The translations under genes were made by a program, and so were the position numbers. A model generated the notes under the pieces. The model had not been told where the DNA came from and searched no databases. It worked only from the letters and a program-made list of their open reading frames with translations. A stretch of DNA of 64,000 bases from Carcharhinus amblyrhynchos (Eukaryota): the NCBI GenBank assembly GCA_965287045.1, contig OZ336881.1, positions 66,650,001-66,714,000 on the forward strand. The letters run 5' to 3'. Shown piece by piece: positions 11,275-22,799 of the stretch (within the stretch, counting starts at the first letter, position 1; the number at the start of each line of letters is the position of its first letter).

Positions 11275-11388
11275 TATATTTTATTCTGTTCATTGCTGGT
11301 GACAAAATCCTGATCTGCAGTTATTTTTCTTGTTGCAACTTCGCATGACTTCGAAAAGTTGTATAAAAGTATAGGTGTGGAATTCTGT
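11275..11388 (-). CDS. LHCGR: LH/CG receptor exon 10 (LHCGR-specific hinge exon), 114 bp
   Basis: Not in the ORF track. CCTTTCCCTTCAG acceptor, GTAAGT donor, phase 2-2, no stops. QNSTPILLYNFSKSCEVATRKITADQDFVTSNEQNKI(Y) aligns with human exon 10 [27 protein letters not shown]. Confidence 0.88.
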
Positions 11389-13775
11389 CTGAAGGGAAAG
11401 GAACAATCAACTGTGTCCAGAATTGTTTTCTTTCCTCCTCCTCACCTCAAGGCAACAAGTTCCTGGCAGAGTAGGGGCCAAATATTCTCAGCTATCCGAC
11501 TCACTGATCAGTCCTTGCATGTGATTCTTTATAGTAAACACCAGCAAGCTGTCTAATTGCTGAGCCAATCCCATATTCATCCAGAATCACTCAGGACATG
11601 TTTTGCAAGGTGTTGCTATGTAGGGTGAGGAGTGAGAATGCTGATTAATGTTCTTTCCCTGGTTCTTGATTAGGGAGTCAATTTTACAGCCCTATTGCCC
11701 CTCTGTCGGAGATCAATGCACAGACTATAACGGCACAGTGGTTAGCACTGCTGTCTCACAGCACCAGGGACCTGAGTTCACTTCCCAGCTTGGGTCACTG
11801 TTCGTGTGATGTCTACACATTCTCCCCGTGTCTGCGTGGGTTACCTCCAAGTGCTCCAGTTTCCTCCCACAGTCCCAAAGATGTACTGGTTAGGTGCATT
11901 GGCCATGCTAAATTCTCCCTCAGTGTACCCGAAGTGTAGTGACTAGAAGATTTTCATAGTAACTTGATTGCAGTGTTAATGTAAGCCTACTTCTGACACT
12001 AAGATATAAACTTTAGAACTTGGTAATATCATGGCATCAGCTATATTTGCCACCTAAGATCACAAAACATTGATGAGCTTACCAAGAATTACTTCTCTGG
12101 CTTTAGTTTAGGGAAGATAAGACTTTATAATGCGAAGGGATAACATTTCAGAAGTGGAAAATGCTTATTGTCTGTTGGATTAATCTAACCTATCATGAAC
12201 TCCTCACCATTCCCACTGTTCTAAGGGAGGTAACCAACAGACAAAATTTTCAAAAAAAGCTTCCTGAAATTCTCATGTCCTTGATGATCAAGGAATACTT
12301 ATTGAATCGGAAACTAAACTTACAGCAGGGCACCTTGAATATTTTTAGCTTTGCCGTGTTGGAGGTTTTAAATGGCGTTTAATTGACTTCAGCACAAAAA
12401 CCCTGTTATAAATATCTTGGTAACTACAGTTAGCCTTATGTTCTAGGGAAAATTTAGGGTTGTTAGATAAATTTAAAGCTACAAAATACTTAGATGAAGA
12501 CAAAATAAGTAGAAGCAGCTGACACAGAATTCAAACACGAAGGCTACTTGACAAATCTGGTAGGAGTTTTTTGAGGAGTTGACTACAAACGCAGTATATT
12601 TGGTGTATATGACCTTGCCGAAAGCTACTGACACACTTTATCATATGGGAAATTGAATATTGCCAAAAAAAGATAAGTTTTTCGTTTTGCCCTCTTCTTG
12701 GCAGTTAACTGTCAGTCATCAGTTAAATAATGCTTTCTCCATAGCAATGTCTCTATTGTTCAGAATCTACTTGCCAAGCAATGAGCTTTCTTTTCCCATG
12801 AAGTATAGCTTGTTCCCTTTACAATTTGCTACTCTTGTGAATTGTCCTGATGAGTACAAGACATAAAACTTTGACAACGTGTCCTTTTTTAGCAATACTC
12901 AAATTCTGTACTACCAAATGACTATATGGAAAATTACTGGAGAAGATAAAGGGGCTAATTTTAATCTAACATGCCCAGCAGGAAATTGATGGGACGAAGT
13001 TGGCCACTCATGATATGCCTTGTTCAATTTTACTATTCATTGACCACAATGCAAAGTAATATTTGTTGCGACATATAATAGATGACTGCTAGGATCATAT
13101 CATTTCCCATCAGCTAGATTAGCTACATAGCATCCCTAATATGATACCCACTAAATGTCTCTTTTGCCAATGGCATTACACCACGGTCCTTTTCCTTCAG
13201 GAAAGGAGAACTGAAAAGAAAAAGATTTGAATGATTGCATCCTTACAGGAGGCTTTTCAGTTCATTGAGCCTTAACCAACAACAATCCCACACAGGCCCT
13301 ATCCCTGTAACCCCACATATTTACCCTACTAATCCCCCTGACAGTAAGGGGCAATTTAGCATGGCCAATCCACCTAAGCTGCACATCTTTGGAGTGTGGG
13401 AGGAAACTGGAGCATCTGAAGGAAACCCATGCAGGCACAGGGAGAATGTGCAAACTCCACACAGATGGGCCAGAATTGAACCCGGGTCCCTGGCGCCGTG
13501 AGGCAGCAATTCTAACCACTGTGCCACTGTGCTGCTCAGGATAGGAGAAAAGAATCGTAATGCATTAACATACATTTCTTGCCCAATGAATAACTGTTCC
13601 TGTACTAATGTGGTGTACATTTAAAATACGAGTGACTTCACTCATGGCCATTCTTAGTTTCGTTCATTTCTGCTTGTTTTTCTGGAGAACAGCTAACTGC
13701 TAAGATTGTAACTGCTTTGTTAGTCCTTCAGTGCACCACATAGATCAGGAACTTGATAAAATCACAAGAACTTAC

Positions 13776-13964
13776 CCATTCGACTTTTCCCAGTTTTTGA
13801 ATGCACAGCAGTGGCTGGGATATGTCAAATTTGCTTCCATCAGATTGACGAACTTTTCCAGTGACGGGAACCTTTTCAGGGAGTACGTGAAGCGAGCAGT
13901 AAGTTTCTGAATGAATTCCAACCCATAAGACGGAAGATGCTCAAGTGCAGTTGAAGAAACATCC
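13776..13964 (-). CDS. LHCGR: LH/CG receptor exon 9 (last LRRs + Cys box 2), 189 bp
   Basis: Lies within ORF 13772..14017. TTTTTGTTATAG acceptor, GTAAGT donor. [16 protein letters not shown]...[15 protein letters not shown] contains the invariant [10 protein letters not shown] motif. Confidence 0.95.
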
Positions 13965-15634
13965 CTATAACAAAAAGAAAAGTTGGGATATTCTTTTCTT
14001 CCAGCCCTGGTGACCAAGGAATTCCAATTTTATGAAAGAGAGTTCCAGATTTTCACTGCCCTTTGTTTAGTGAAATTGCTTCATTTATCAAAGCCCAGGT
14101 GACCTATATCGGAACTGTACAAGAAACAAAATATGTTGCCTTAGTTTCCAACCTCTCTTATCTTTACCTATGCTATTAATACCATCATGGTGATTTTTTT
14201 TTTAATCCATGGTATATGGGTGTCACTGATTTTAGCTGCATTTATTGCCCATTCTTAATTGCCCTTGAGAAGGTGGTGATGAGCTGCCTTCTTGAACTGC
14301 TGCAGTCCTTGTTTTGCAGCTACACTCACAGTGTTGTTAGGGAGGGAGTTCCAGAATTTGCCCCAGCAGCAGTGAAGGAACAGTGATATATTTCCAAGTC
14401 AGGACGGTGAGTGGCTTGCAATGCCTTCCAGGTGATGGTGTTTCCATGTATTTTCAGCCTTTGTCCTTCTAGGTGGTAATAGTCATGGGTTTAGAAGGGG
14501 CTGTCTATGAAACCTTGGTGAGTTCCTTCAGTGCATCTTGTGGATGGTATAAACAGCTGCCACTGTACATCAGCAGTAAAGGGAGTGCATGTTTTGGGGA
14601 GGAGGATGTGTTTCTTTCAAAGAGGGACCCTGCATTAGATCATTTGCATCCAACGCTACTACTTCCAACCCCTGCCTCCCCACACCCAGTGACCATACCT
14701 CCATGGCCTCATCCCACCCTGACTCACAACCTGGGTGCTACAGTGATCCCCTCATCCCACTCTGGCTTGCAGCAGCTGCTGCTCCTGGTGGCATTGCCTG
14801 TAGTGAAGAGCTGCTGGCTTTTGATTGGTCTGGCGTCCTGAATCCCAGGGAAAGCCTGACTTGATGGGCTGACTTGCAGACTCGATGGGCTGAAATGCCT
14901 TTTCTGCAGTGTATGACTCTATGATTGGGACTGTCCCACAGAAGCGAAACGTGTTTCCCACCAGTTCTCCAACCAGTAGCCTGAGCCCATATCAATTAGG
15001 TTAATTTCAGTCCATTTTTTTCTTTTCCCACTGGGGTAATGATCGCTCTAAAGTATCTTATATTGGATATCACCAATTCTGATATAATAGATTCAGTCAG
15101 TGATCATAGAATAGAATCATAGAACCACTGCAGTGCAGAAGGAGGCCATTCGGCCTATTGAGTCTGCACCAACCACAATCCCAACTGGGCCCCTATCCCC
15201 TTTTACCCTCACTACTCTCCTTAACACTAAGGGGCAATTTAGCATGGCCAGTCCACCTAACCCGCACATCTTTAGACAGTGGGAGGAAACCCATGCAGAC
15301 ATGGGGAGAACGTGCAAACTCCACAGACAGTGACCCAAGCCGGGAATGGAACCTGGGTCCCTGGCGTTGTGAGACAGCTGTGCTTTTCTTAATTAAAGAA
15401 TTCTACATGATAAAAGAGGAAATATGGAGAAAATAAATTACATAAAAATGGAGGAAATATGTATAGCATTAAGTTTATTTTCAATTCAAATGCTTAATTT
15501 GTAGTTTTGATGAGTAAATTTTACAAAAAGGCTTTTTAAATTAAGTTATTACACACACTGTAAATGCATAGTTTAAAATGAATATTCCTTACAATCTATA
15601 TGAAGTGAAAAGTAGATAAGTTGCAATTACTTAC

Positions 15635-15709
15635 AATACATCTGGTCCAATTGCTCCCCTGAAAGCATCATTGTGTATTGTCCTTAAATTTTTATTCTCA
15701 TTAAGCTCC
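15635..15709 (-). CDS. LHCGR: LH/CG receptor exon 8 (LRR), 75 bp
   Basis: TTTTACAG acceptor, GTAAGT donor. ELNENKNLRTIHNDAFRGAIGPDV(L); human [25 protein letters not shown]. Confidence 0.93.
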
Positions 15710-17089
15710 CTGTAAAAGTTGTTAATGTTATTAATTTATATTTAAATCTTCAGGGAAATGAAGAATGTGCTTATATACGTGAAATTATTCAGTCTGCAAG
15801 GGTTTTTCCCTTATTTGCCTTTGGTGCTCTAGCGAAAAAAATCCCACGAATCACTGAAGATGTATAATCTCAGAACCTCAAGAAATTATCTTTCAAGACA
15901 TGCATATATCATACATATTAGAAAGTAAATGAATCTTAAACATGCTTTTTTGTACATTTTACTGCTCAATTAGTAAAATCCACTAATCCAGTCGCAAAAT
16001 AACAGAAATGCTGAAAACCTGAAATAAAAACAAAAAGTACAGGAAACATTCAGTAGGCCAAGGAACATCATGAGGAGAAGGAGGTAGGGTTAACATTTTA
16101 GAGTCTTCTCATCACAGGTGCTGCCTGACATGTTGAATATTTCCAGCATTTTCGATTTCATAGAATCCTACAGTGCAGAAGGAGGCTATTCAGCCTATTT
16201 GACTCTGCACTGACCGCAATCCCACCCAGGTTCTATCCCCATAACGCCATGCACTTACCCTAGCTAGTCCAACTGACAGTAAGGAGCAGTTTAGCATGGC
16301 CAGTCCACCTGACCCACACATCTTTGGACTGTGGGAGGAAACCGGGGCACCCGGAGGAAACCCACACAGACACGGGAGAATGTGTAAACTGTACACAGAT
16401 AGTGACCCAAACCAGGAATTGAACCCAGATCGCTGGGTCTGTCAGGCAGCAGTGCTAACCATTGTGCCACCATGCCTCCCACATTTGAGAGACATGGGAC
16501 ACATTTTTCGTGCCTGGGCCCTGATCCTGCTGTTGGGGTGAAATGCAGGTTAAAAGCTCGTAAATGCCAACGATAAGGGTGATTTTGGGGAGACAACCTA
16601 TTAAGTGGAGTTGGCCATTTGGCTCCTCAAACCTACTCCACCATTCAATAAGCACATGGCTGATCTGATCGTGGCCTCCGTTCTACTCTGCTGCCTGGCT
16701 ACAGAACTTTGATTCTCCTGTGCATCAAAAATCTATCAGAGCCTTCAATATATTCAATGGCCCAGTTTCCACTGCTCCGTGTGGAACAGAATTCCAAAAA
16801 TTATTGACCCTCTGAGAGGACAAATTCCTCCTTAACTGTGTCTTAAATGGGACCTCCTGTATTTTAAAACTCTTCTGCCGAGTTCTAGATTCCCCCACAA
16901 GGGGAAGCATTCTCTCAGCAATAAGCCTGGCAAGATCCCTCAGAATCACACATTACAAAAAGATCTCCTTGCATCTAAATTCCAGTGAGCTTTGGCTCCA
17001 TCTGTTTAACCTTTCCTCATTCGCCAACTCCTTCATCCCAGGAATCAACCGAATAACCTTCTCTCAACTACCTCTCATGTAATGGCAGG

Positions 17090-17420
17090 CCAGGTGGGCA
17101 TCGCCAGGTGGATACTGTCAGGGTGCCAAGTGGGCATTGTCAGGTGGATGCCACCAGGTGGCCACCGCTAGGGTGTCAGGTAGATAGTGCCCGATGACCA
17201 CTGCTAGGGTGTCAGGTGGACATTGCCAGTTGGGCGCTGCCAGGGTGCTGGGTAGACATTGCCAGGTGAGTGCTGCCAGGGTGTCAGGTGGACATTGCCA
17301 GGTGAGTGCTGCCAGGGTGTCAGGTAGACACTGCCAGATGGGCGCTGCCAGGTGGTCACTGCCAGGTGGGTACTGCCAGGGTGTCAGATAAACACTGCCA
17401 AGTGGGCACTGCCCAGCCAT
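17090..17420. repeat. Minisatellite, 36-bp unit built of ~12-bp subunits, inside a GC-rich TIR-type element
   Basis: GCCAGGGTGTCAGGTGGACATTGCCAGGTGAGTGCT repeated (e.g. 17275 and 17311). Confidence 0.85.
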
Positions 17421-20294
17421 GTCCAAGACCATCTGGGGATTTCAATGGCCTCTGAGCCACCGGCATGGCCAGAATGCCTCCTGTCCATTTGTGGAGACCA
17501 GCAGTGATTCTTGCCGGGGTCCCGCTGCACCCGAGGAACAGGGAGTATCCTGCTTGAAGCTGACTAAGCATATTTAAATACACTAATCTGGTTCCCACCC
17601 TCACTGGGTGGGAGCCAGATTATGTTGGGGAGTGGTGGCTGGGAGAATGTCAACAGGGGTTTGTGCTGGCATTCCTAGGTCTCTCGTCTGCAACTCTCTG
17701 ATCCCACGCTGCCCCAATGTGATCTGTGCTGGGCGCGATGTGGCTGGAAAATCATGACCAATTAATTATGTGGAAAGTAAACACTCTGGCTGCAAATCCA
17801 AGGAAACAACAATATTCACGTGAACATAAGCATTTTGATGTGTGAATTAAAATTAATTCCTTAATTCCCAGTCTCAATAATAGTTTAGTACTTTAGAATT
17901 TGTCCTTGTGGCTGTTTTTGTTTGAATGTCCATTTATAAATAGGTCATAATCCCCTTGACTTGTTTATCAGAAAATAGCAAGAGTAAGAACCGCTTATCA
18001 AGTACTCATAGAGTTCATGCTTTTGGTTTATTGATAGTAAAGTTATCTTTTGACAGCACATTTTTTGTTAAGAAGCTGAAGACCAATGCTGAGTTTATAT
18101 TTTCTTATAAATAGGAGTGTAAAGGGATTATTCAAGAGCTGGAGTTCTTTTCAAACGTGCGATTAGTGTTTCCAGATGTCTGGTTAGAATAATGATCCAA
18201 GAAATAAGTTAGCAAGGAGACCTACTGCAGCTTGGCTAAGGTTGAGGAATGACATGACTGTATCACTTATACGCAGACGTGGTTTTAAAGCTTTTGCTTT
18301 CAGGAAGGTTCATCATTGCCTGTTAACTACACTGCTTAGCGATTGAACCTATCTCTTTGAATAAAGAAAATAGTTATTTCCATAATTCAGCTAAAGGAAA
18401 TTGCTTTACAAACCCAAGGGGTCATTTGTTCCAATATTGCGCTGCTAAGTCAGGACTTTGCTGCCTGCCTGTTTAATTCTATTGGCTTGAATTCTCCGGG
18501 ATTCTCCAGTCCCGTGGCAGCATGGGCTGGTGTCAGTAGGAAATGCCATTGGCAGCGGTGGGACCAGAGGATCGCACTGCCGGGAAACACGTGACTGGGA
18601 AGCCGGAGCATCCCATCCAACGTCAATTGTAGTTTCAGTCTGTTTGTATCTTCACTGACGTTGGCGGAAGGCTGCTACACTGCAGTATGATGGTATTGTG
18701 TTGGGCTGGGGAGGTTGGAAATTTTAAGCACAGTCTTGAGAATTGTCATAATGTCTGATGATTTCAACCACAGGTGGAGAAGCTGTTGTCTTCAAAGCCT
18801 TAGATGAAGCTTATGCTGGTTGGCTGAGGGCAGTCTAGTAGAATAGTGAGAGCTAGAGCTGTACTGGCCTTCCATTCTCCATAAACTTAAACTCAACCAA
18901 AACTCTGATGCCTGGAACCTTAATTTCCACTATCACTCATTTACCCGTAGCCCAACTGCGTGGCAATGCCTCAATTTTAAAATCTCCGCTCGCCATCTGG
19001 AGAGTCAGTGGGGAACACATACATCCCCGCTGACTCTGACTGAACCGCTACCGTTTTAGGTTCAAGTGACCGTTGAATACCAGCAGGCGGGAGTTCCATC
19101 CACTTGGGGGAGGAAGTTCCGCTTCGGAGACCTGCTGGCCAACCAGACCGCTCTCCAGCTCATCCAGGCGCAGCGCCGCAGTGGCTGGAAGAGGCACTGC
19201 AGTGCCGTGTCTGGGACGAATGTTGGGAGCTGGTGTAAAGGTTAATTTGGGGGTGGGGGCGCCTGGGGAGGAGGGGATCTCCTGGGCAGGGGTATGGGGG
19301 TCGCAAACAGGCGACTGGGTTATCGGGGGATAACCAGAAGTACTCAGTGAGGAGAGGGCGCCTCCAGTCAGAAGGGAGCTTCCAATGAAGGTGCCCACCT
19401 CCCCGCTCGGGCGCTGGAATGCAAACCGTTTCTCTGTCCCACCCTAAGTTGTCCGGCTTCTACCAGCCTGAGAGTTGAGGTTGGGTGGGAAAAGATCCTC
19501 AGATGACCATTCAGTGGCTACTATAAGGCCTTAGAGGGGCAGACTTCCCATCTGAGGCCTTGCCCACTCCACGTAAAATCACATCCCAGTCAGGGCGGTC
19601 GGGATCCCAGACGGGACCTGTCTGCAATTTCAACCTTCCCTGCCTCAAAACCTGAAGGGGAAGCATAAGATTCAGGCCCGTATTGTACGCTTTTACAACA
19701 TTTAGTACATAGAGAACTGCTTTAGCTGTGGCTGTTGATAATTAGAAAAGTTCAGAAGTTTCAATGAACTTTCTTCACAAACTAAGGAACACAAAGTAAC
19801 CCTCTCCAAGCCACTTGTTTTTGAACATAGGTCATTGCATGTATTTATCTGCACTGTGTCAACTGATAAAGCTGTAATCGACCACAAGTATTTTTTAATC
19901 TCTCATGTCACCAATCAATTGCTTAAGTTTAGAGAAATTGCATTCTTTTACACTGATTTCAAATGTGATTTGTTTTCACAGTGAAACGCATTTAGAAAAT
20001 GAGTAATTCTGTACCAAAGTCTATGGGATACTGTAATACACTTGTGTCTCTTGCACTTTAGTTATCTGTGATTTAGAACCTTGGAGTTATCTTGTGGTTT
20101 GCAAACTACCTGTTTAGGACTCTGTTTTTCTGTACTGTCCTTCAAAGACGCCAACGTGGAATCCTAAATGTACAAACAAGCTACAACTGTAGCTGTTTCT
20201 GGTTTTAATTATTTGAAAGGGTGCTGAAAAGCACTGTGGTCAAACTATCCGGGTACAACATTATGTGAAGGCAAGCAATATAAACAAAACGTAC

Positions 20295-20363
20295 AACTTA
20301 TCCAGCTTTGTCGCATTGAATGCATGGCTTTGCACATCTTCAAATCCATTTTTGTACAGCTTT
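20295..20363 (-). CDS. LHCGR: LH/CG receptor exon 7 (LRR), 69 bp
   Basis: CTTTTCAG acceptor, GTACGT donor. KLYKNGFEDVQSHAFNATKLDK(L); human [23 protein letters not shown]. Confidence 0.93.
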
Positions 20364-20425
20364 CTGAAAAGGCAAGGTTATTAGAATGCATTAGTTCATG
20401 AAGCATACATTAACTTAAAGGCTTT

Positions 20426-20562
20426 AGGCTGGAATTCTCTGGTCTTCTACGCCGCACTGCGGCTGCCAGCAAGAACCGAGAATTTGGCGCACAGCCTAAT
20501 CTCCGTTCGCAGCAGCGGGTCTGTAGAATTCCAGCTGTGGGTGAGCCAGAGAATTCTGGCCT
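20426..20562. mobile_element. MITE with TIRs
   Basis: AGGCTGGAATTCTCTGG ... CCAGAGAATTCTGGCCT. Related elements at ~18483-18620, 24858-24992, 41303-41509, 52200-52411, 62080-62198. Confidence 0.7.
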
Positions 20563-22799
20563 TCATGTCCTTTTTTTGTTTATACAGGGCCACCAAGCAC
20601 AATGGGGATTAAAGACAATAATTGTCAATAGGTTCATGACATTTGAAATATGGAAAATGAAGATTATGGAAATTACTGTGAGGCAGCTATCTCAGTAGGT
20701 TCAAATTATTATAAAGTATTTTACATTTTCTTCTCTACACTGATTCCTTATTGCCATTTTAAGGCTGTTATTTCAGTAAATATTGGGATTCAAGCTTCAA
20801 TGACATTATTTGTCCTAAATTTTATTTCTATTTTTAAACCTAGGATTTGTTTAAAATCACACAAGTAAACAGAAAACTGGCTGGTCAGATTATCACAGGG
20901 ACATGGGATGATCGCTCAGACAGGAACAGTCTTTTTAATAAACTGGCTTGATTAAATGGGCATTATTAAGAATAGTAAAAGAAATAGAAAAGTGACCCTG
21001 TCGATTCCTTATCTTGTGCCACACCATTCTTCAATTGCTTGCCAAAGAGGGATTTTTGCAATAAAGATACTTTAAGTTTTAAGGTTTATTTATTTATTAG
21101 GGTCATAAGGAGGGTTATACTAACACTGCAGTGAAGTTACTGTGAAAATCCTCTGGTCGCCACACTCCGACGTCCGTCCAGATACACTGAGGGAGAATTT
21201 TAGCATAGCCAATACACCTACCCAGCATGTCTTCCGGAATGTGGGAGGAAACTGAAGCATGTGGAGGAAACCAACACAAACATGGGGAGAATGTGCAGTG
21301 TCTGCCAGACAGTGAACCCAGTGAGGAACTGAACCCGGACCCCTGGCGCTGTGAGGCAGCAGTGCTAACCACAGTGCAACTGAGATGCATAACCATTTTA
21401 ACAAACAGGACAGTTTCAAGGATGTCTTGAAATAATGATAGTCTGTTCAAAATTATTAATCAGCATCATTGTTCACATGGGTGTGAGCATCCTGGAATTT
21501 CAGCTTCGTGGTCAAATGTATAACGTACGCAAGTAACCAGATTTGTAGAAAACTCTGAAAAGATACCCCATTTGTCCAAATTTCCAAGCTCCTAAGGGTC
21601 GTCTTGAAGGCACAAATGCTGCTTTCTGTATAAAGAACCTCCCCTGTGTGTATTTGGAACATTGCTGAAAGATCCAGGTCACAGGACAGGAAGGGGAGAC
21701 ACATTATGACAAAGTTCAATAGAAGATAGTGAAGGATCATTAACTTTGTATTTTTATATCGGTGATTTCTTTTTGTTCTATTTTACCACCCAAAACAAAG
21801 AAAATTGGTTGTGAAACATTGGACTTCAAAAACATAGTAAAATATCAGGTTTTCTCTGGAAGAAGGGAGACATTAAAAAAGGCACAGTTAACCTGAACGT
21901 CCAACAATATTTCTATGGGAATATAACTATTGAATGATATATTTCTGAAGGAAGCCATTCAGCCCATCATGTTGGTGCCAATTAGTCCCACTCCCCTCTG
22001 CCATTCATTCCCCATGCCCCTGGAATTTTTTCTGCTTTAAGTATTTATTTATCCAATTCCACTTTGGCAGCTGCAATTGGATCAGCTTCACCATCCTTTC
22101 ACACAGGACATTCCACATCAGAAACACTTAGTGCATCAAATGTTTTCCCTTATGTCATCTCGGGTTCTTCTGCCAATTTCCTTAAATAATATCCGTTCTC
22201 TGGTTACTGACCCTTCTGCCACTGCAAACAGTTTCTCCTTATTGACACTATCCAAACCAGTCCTGATTTTCAATACCTGTATTGAAAACATTCCTCATCC
22301 TTGCTGCAGTCTGTACAAGTTTCTCCAATCTCTCCCCGTAACTGAAGCCTTTCATCATACCTTCTCTAAAGTTTTAGCAGATCTCCAAAAGTGTGGCGCT
22401 TGTTTGGTGCCTAGAATTGACCATAATATTCCAGCTGGGGCTAATGGCACAGTGGCAGTGTGGTTAGCACTGCTGTCTCACAGCAGCAGTGACCTAGGCT
22501 CGGTTCCCGACTTGGGTCACTGTCTGTGCAGAATTTACATGTTCTCCCCATGTCTGCATGGGTTTCCTCCGGGTGCTCCGGTTTCCTCCCACAATCCGAA
22601 AGATGTTCTGTATAGATGTATTGGCCATGCTAAATTGTCCCTCACTGTACCCAAAGAGGCGCCAGAGTGTGGTGACTAGGGAATATTCACGTAATTTCAT
22701 TGCAGTGTTAATGTAAGCCTACTTGTAACACTTACAAATAAACTTAGAAAAAAAGTTTGTACAAAGATTTAGCATAACTTCCTTTCTTTTGTACACTAT

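Noticed and set aside
17118-17432. Repetitive ORF (WQCPPDTLAALT)n
   Set aside because: By-product of a 36-bp tandem repeat; no splice or start context and no recognisable protein family.
22077-22679. 200-aa ORF
   Set aside because: Runs through antisense CR1 sequence into a SINE; a chance open frame.
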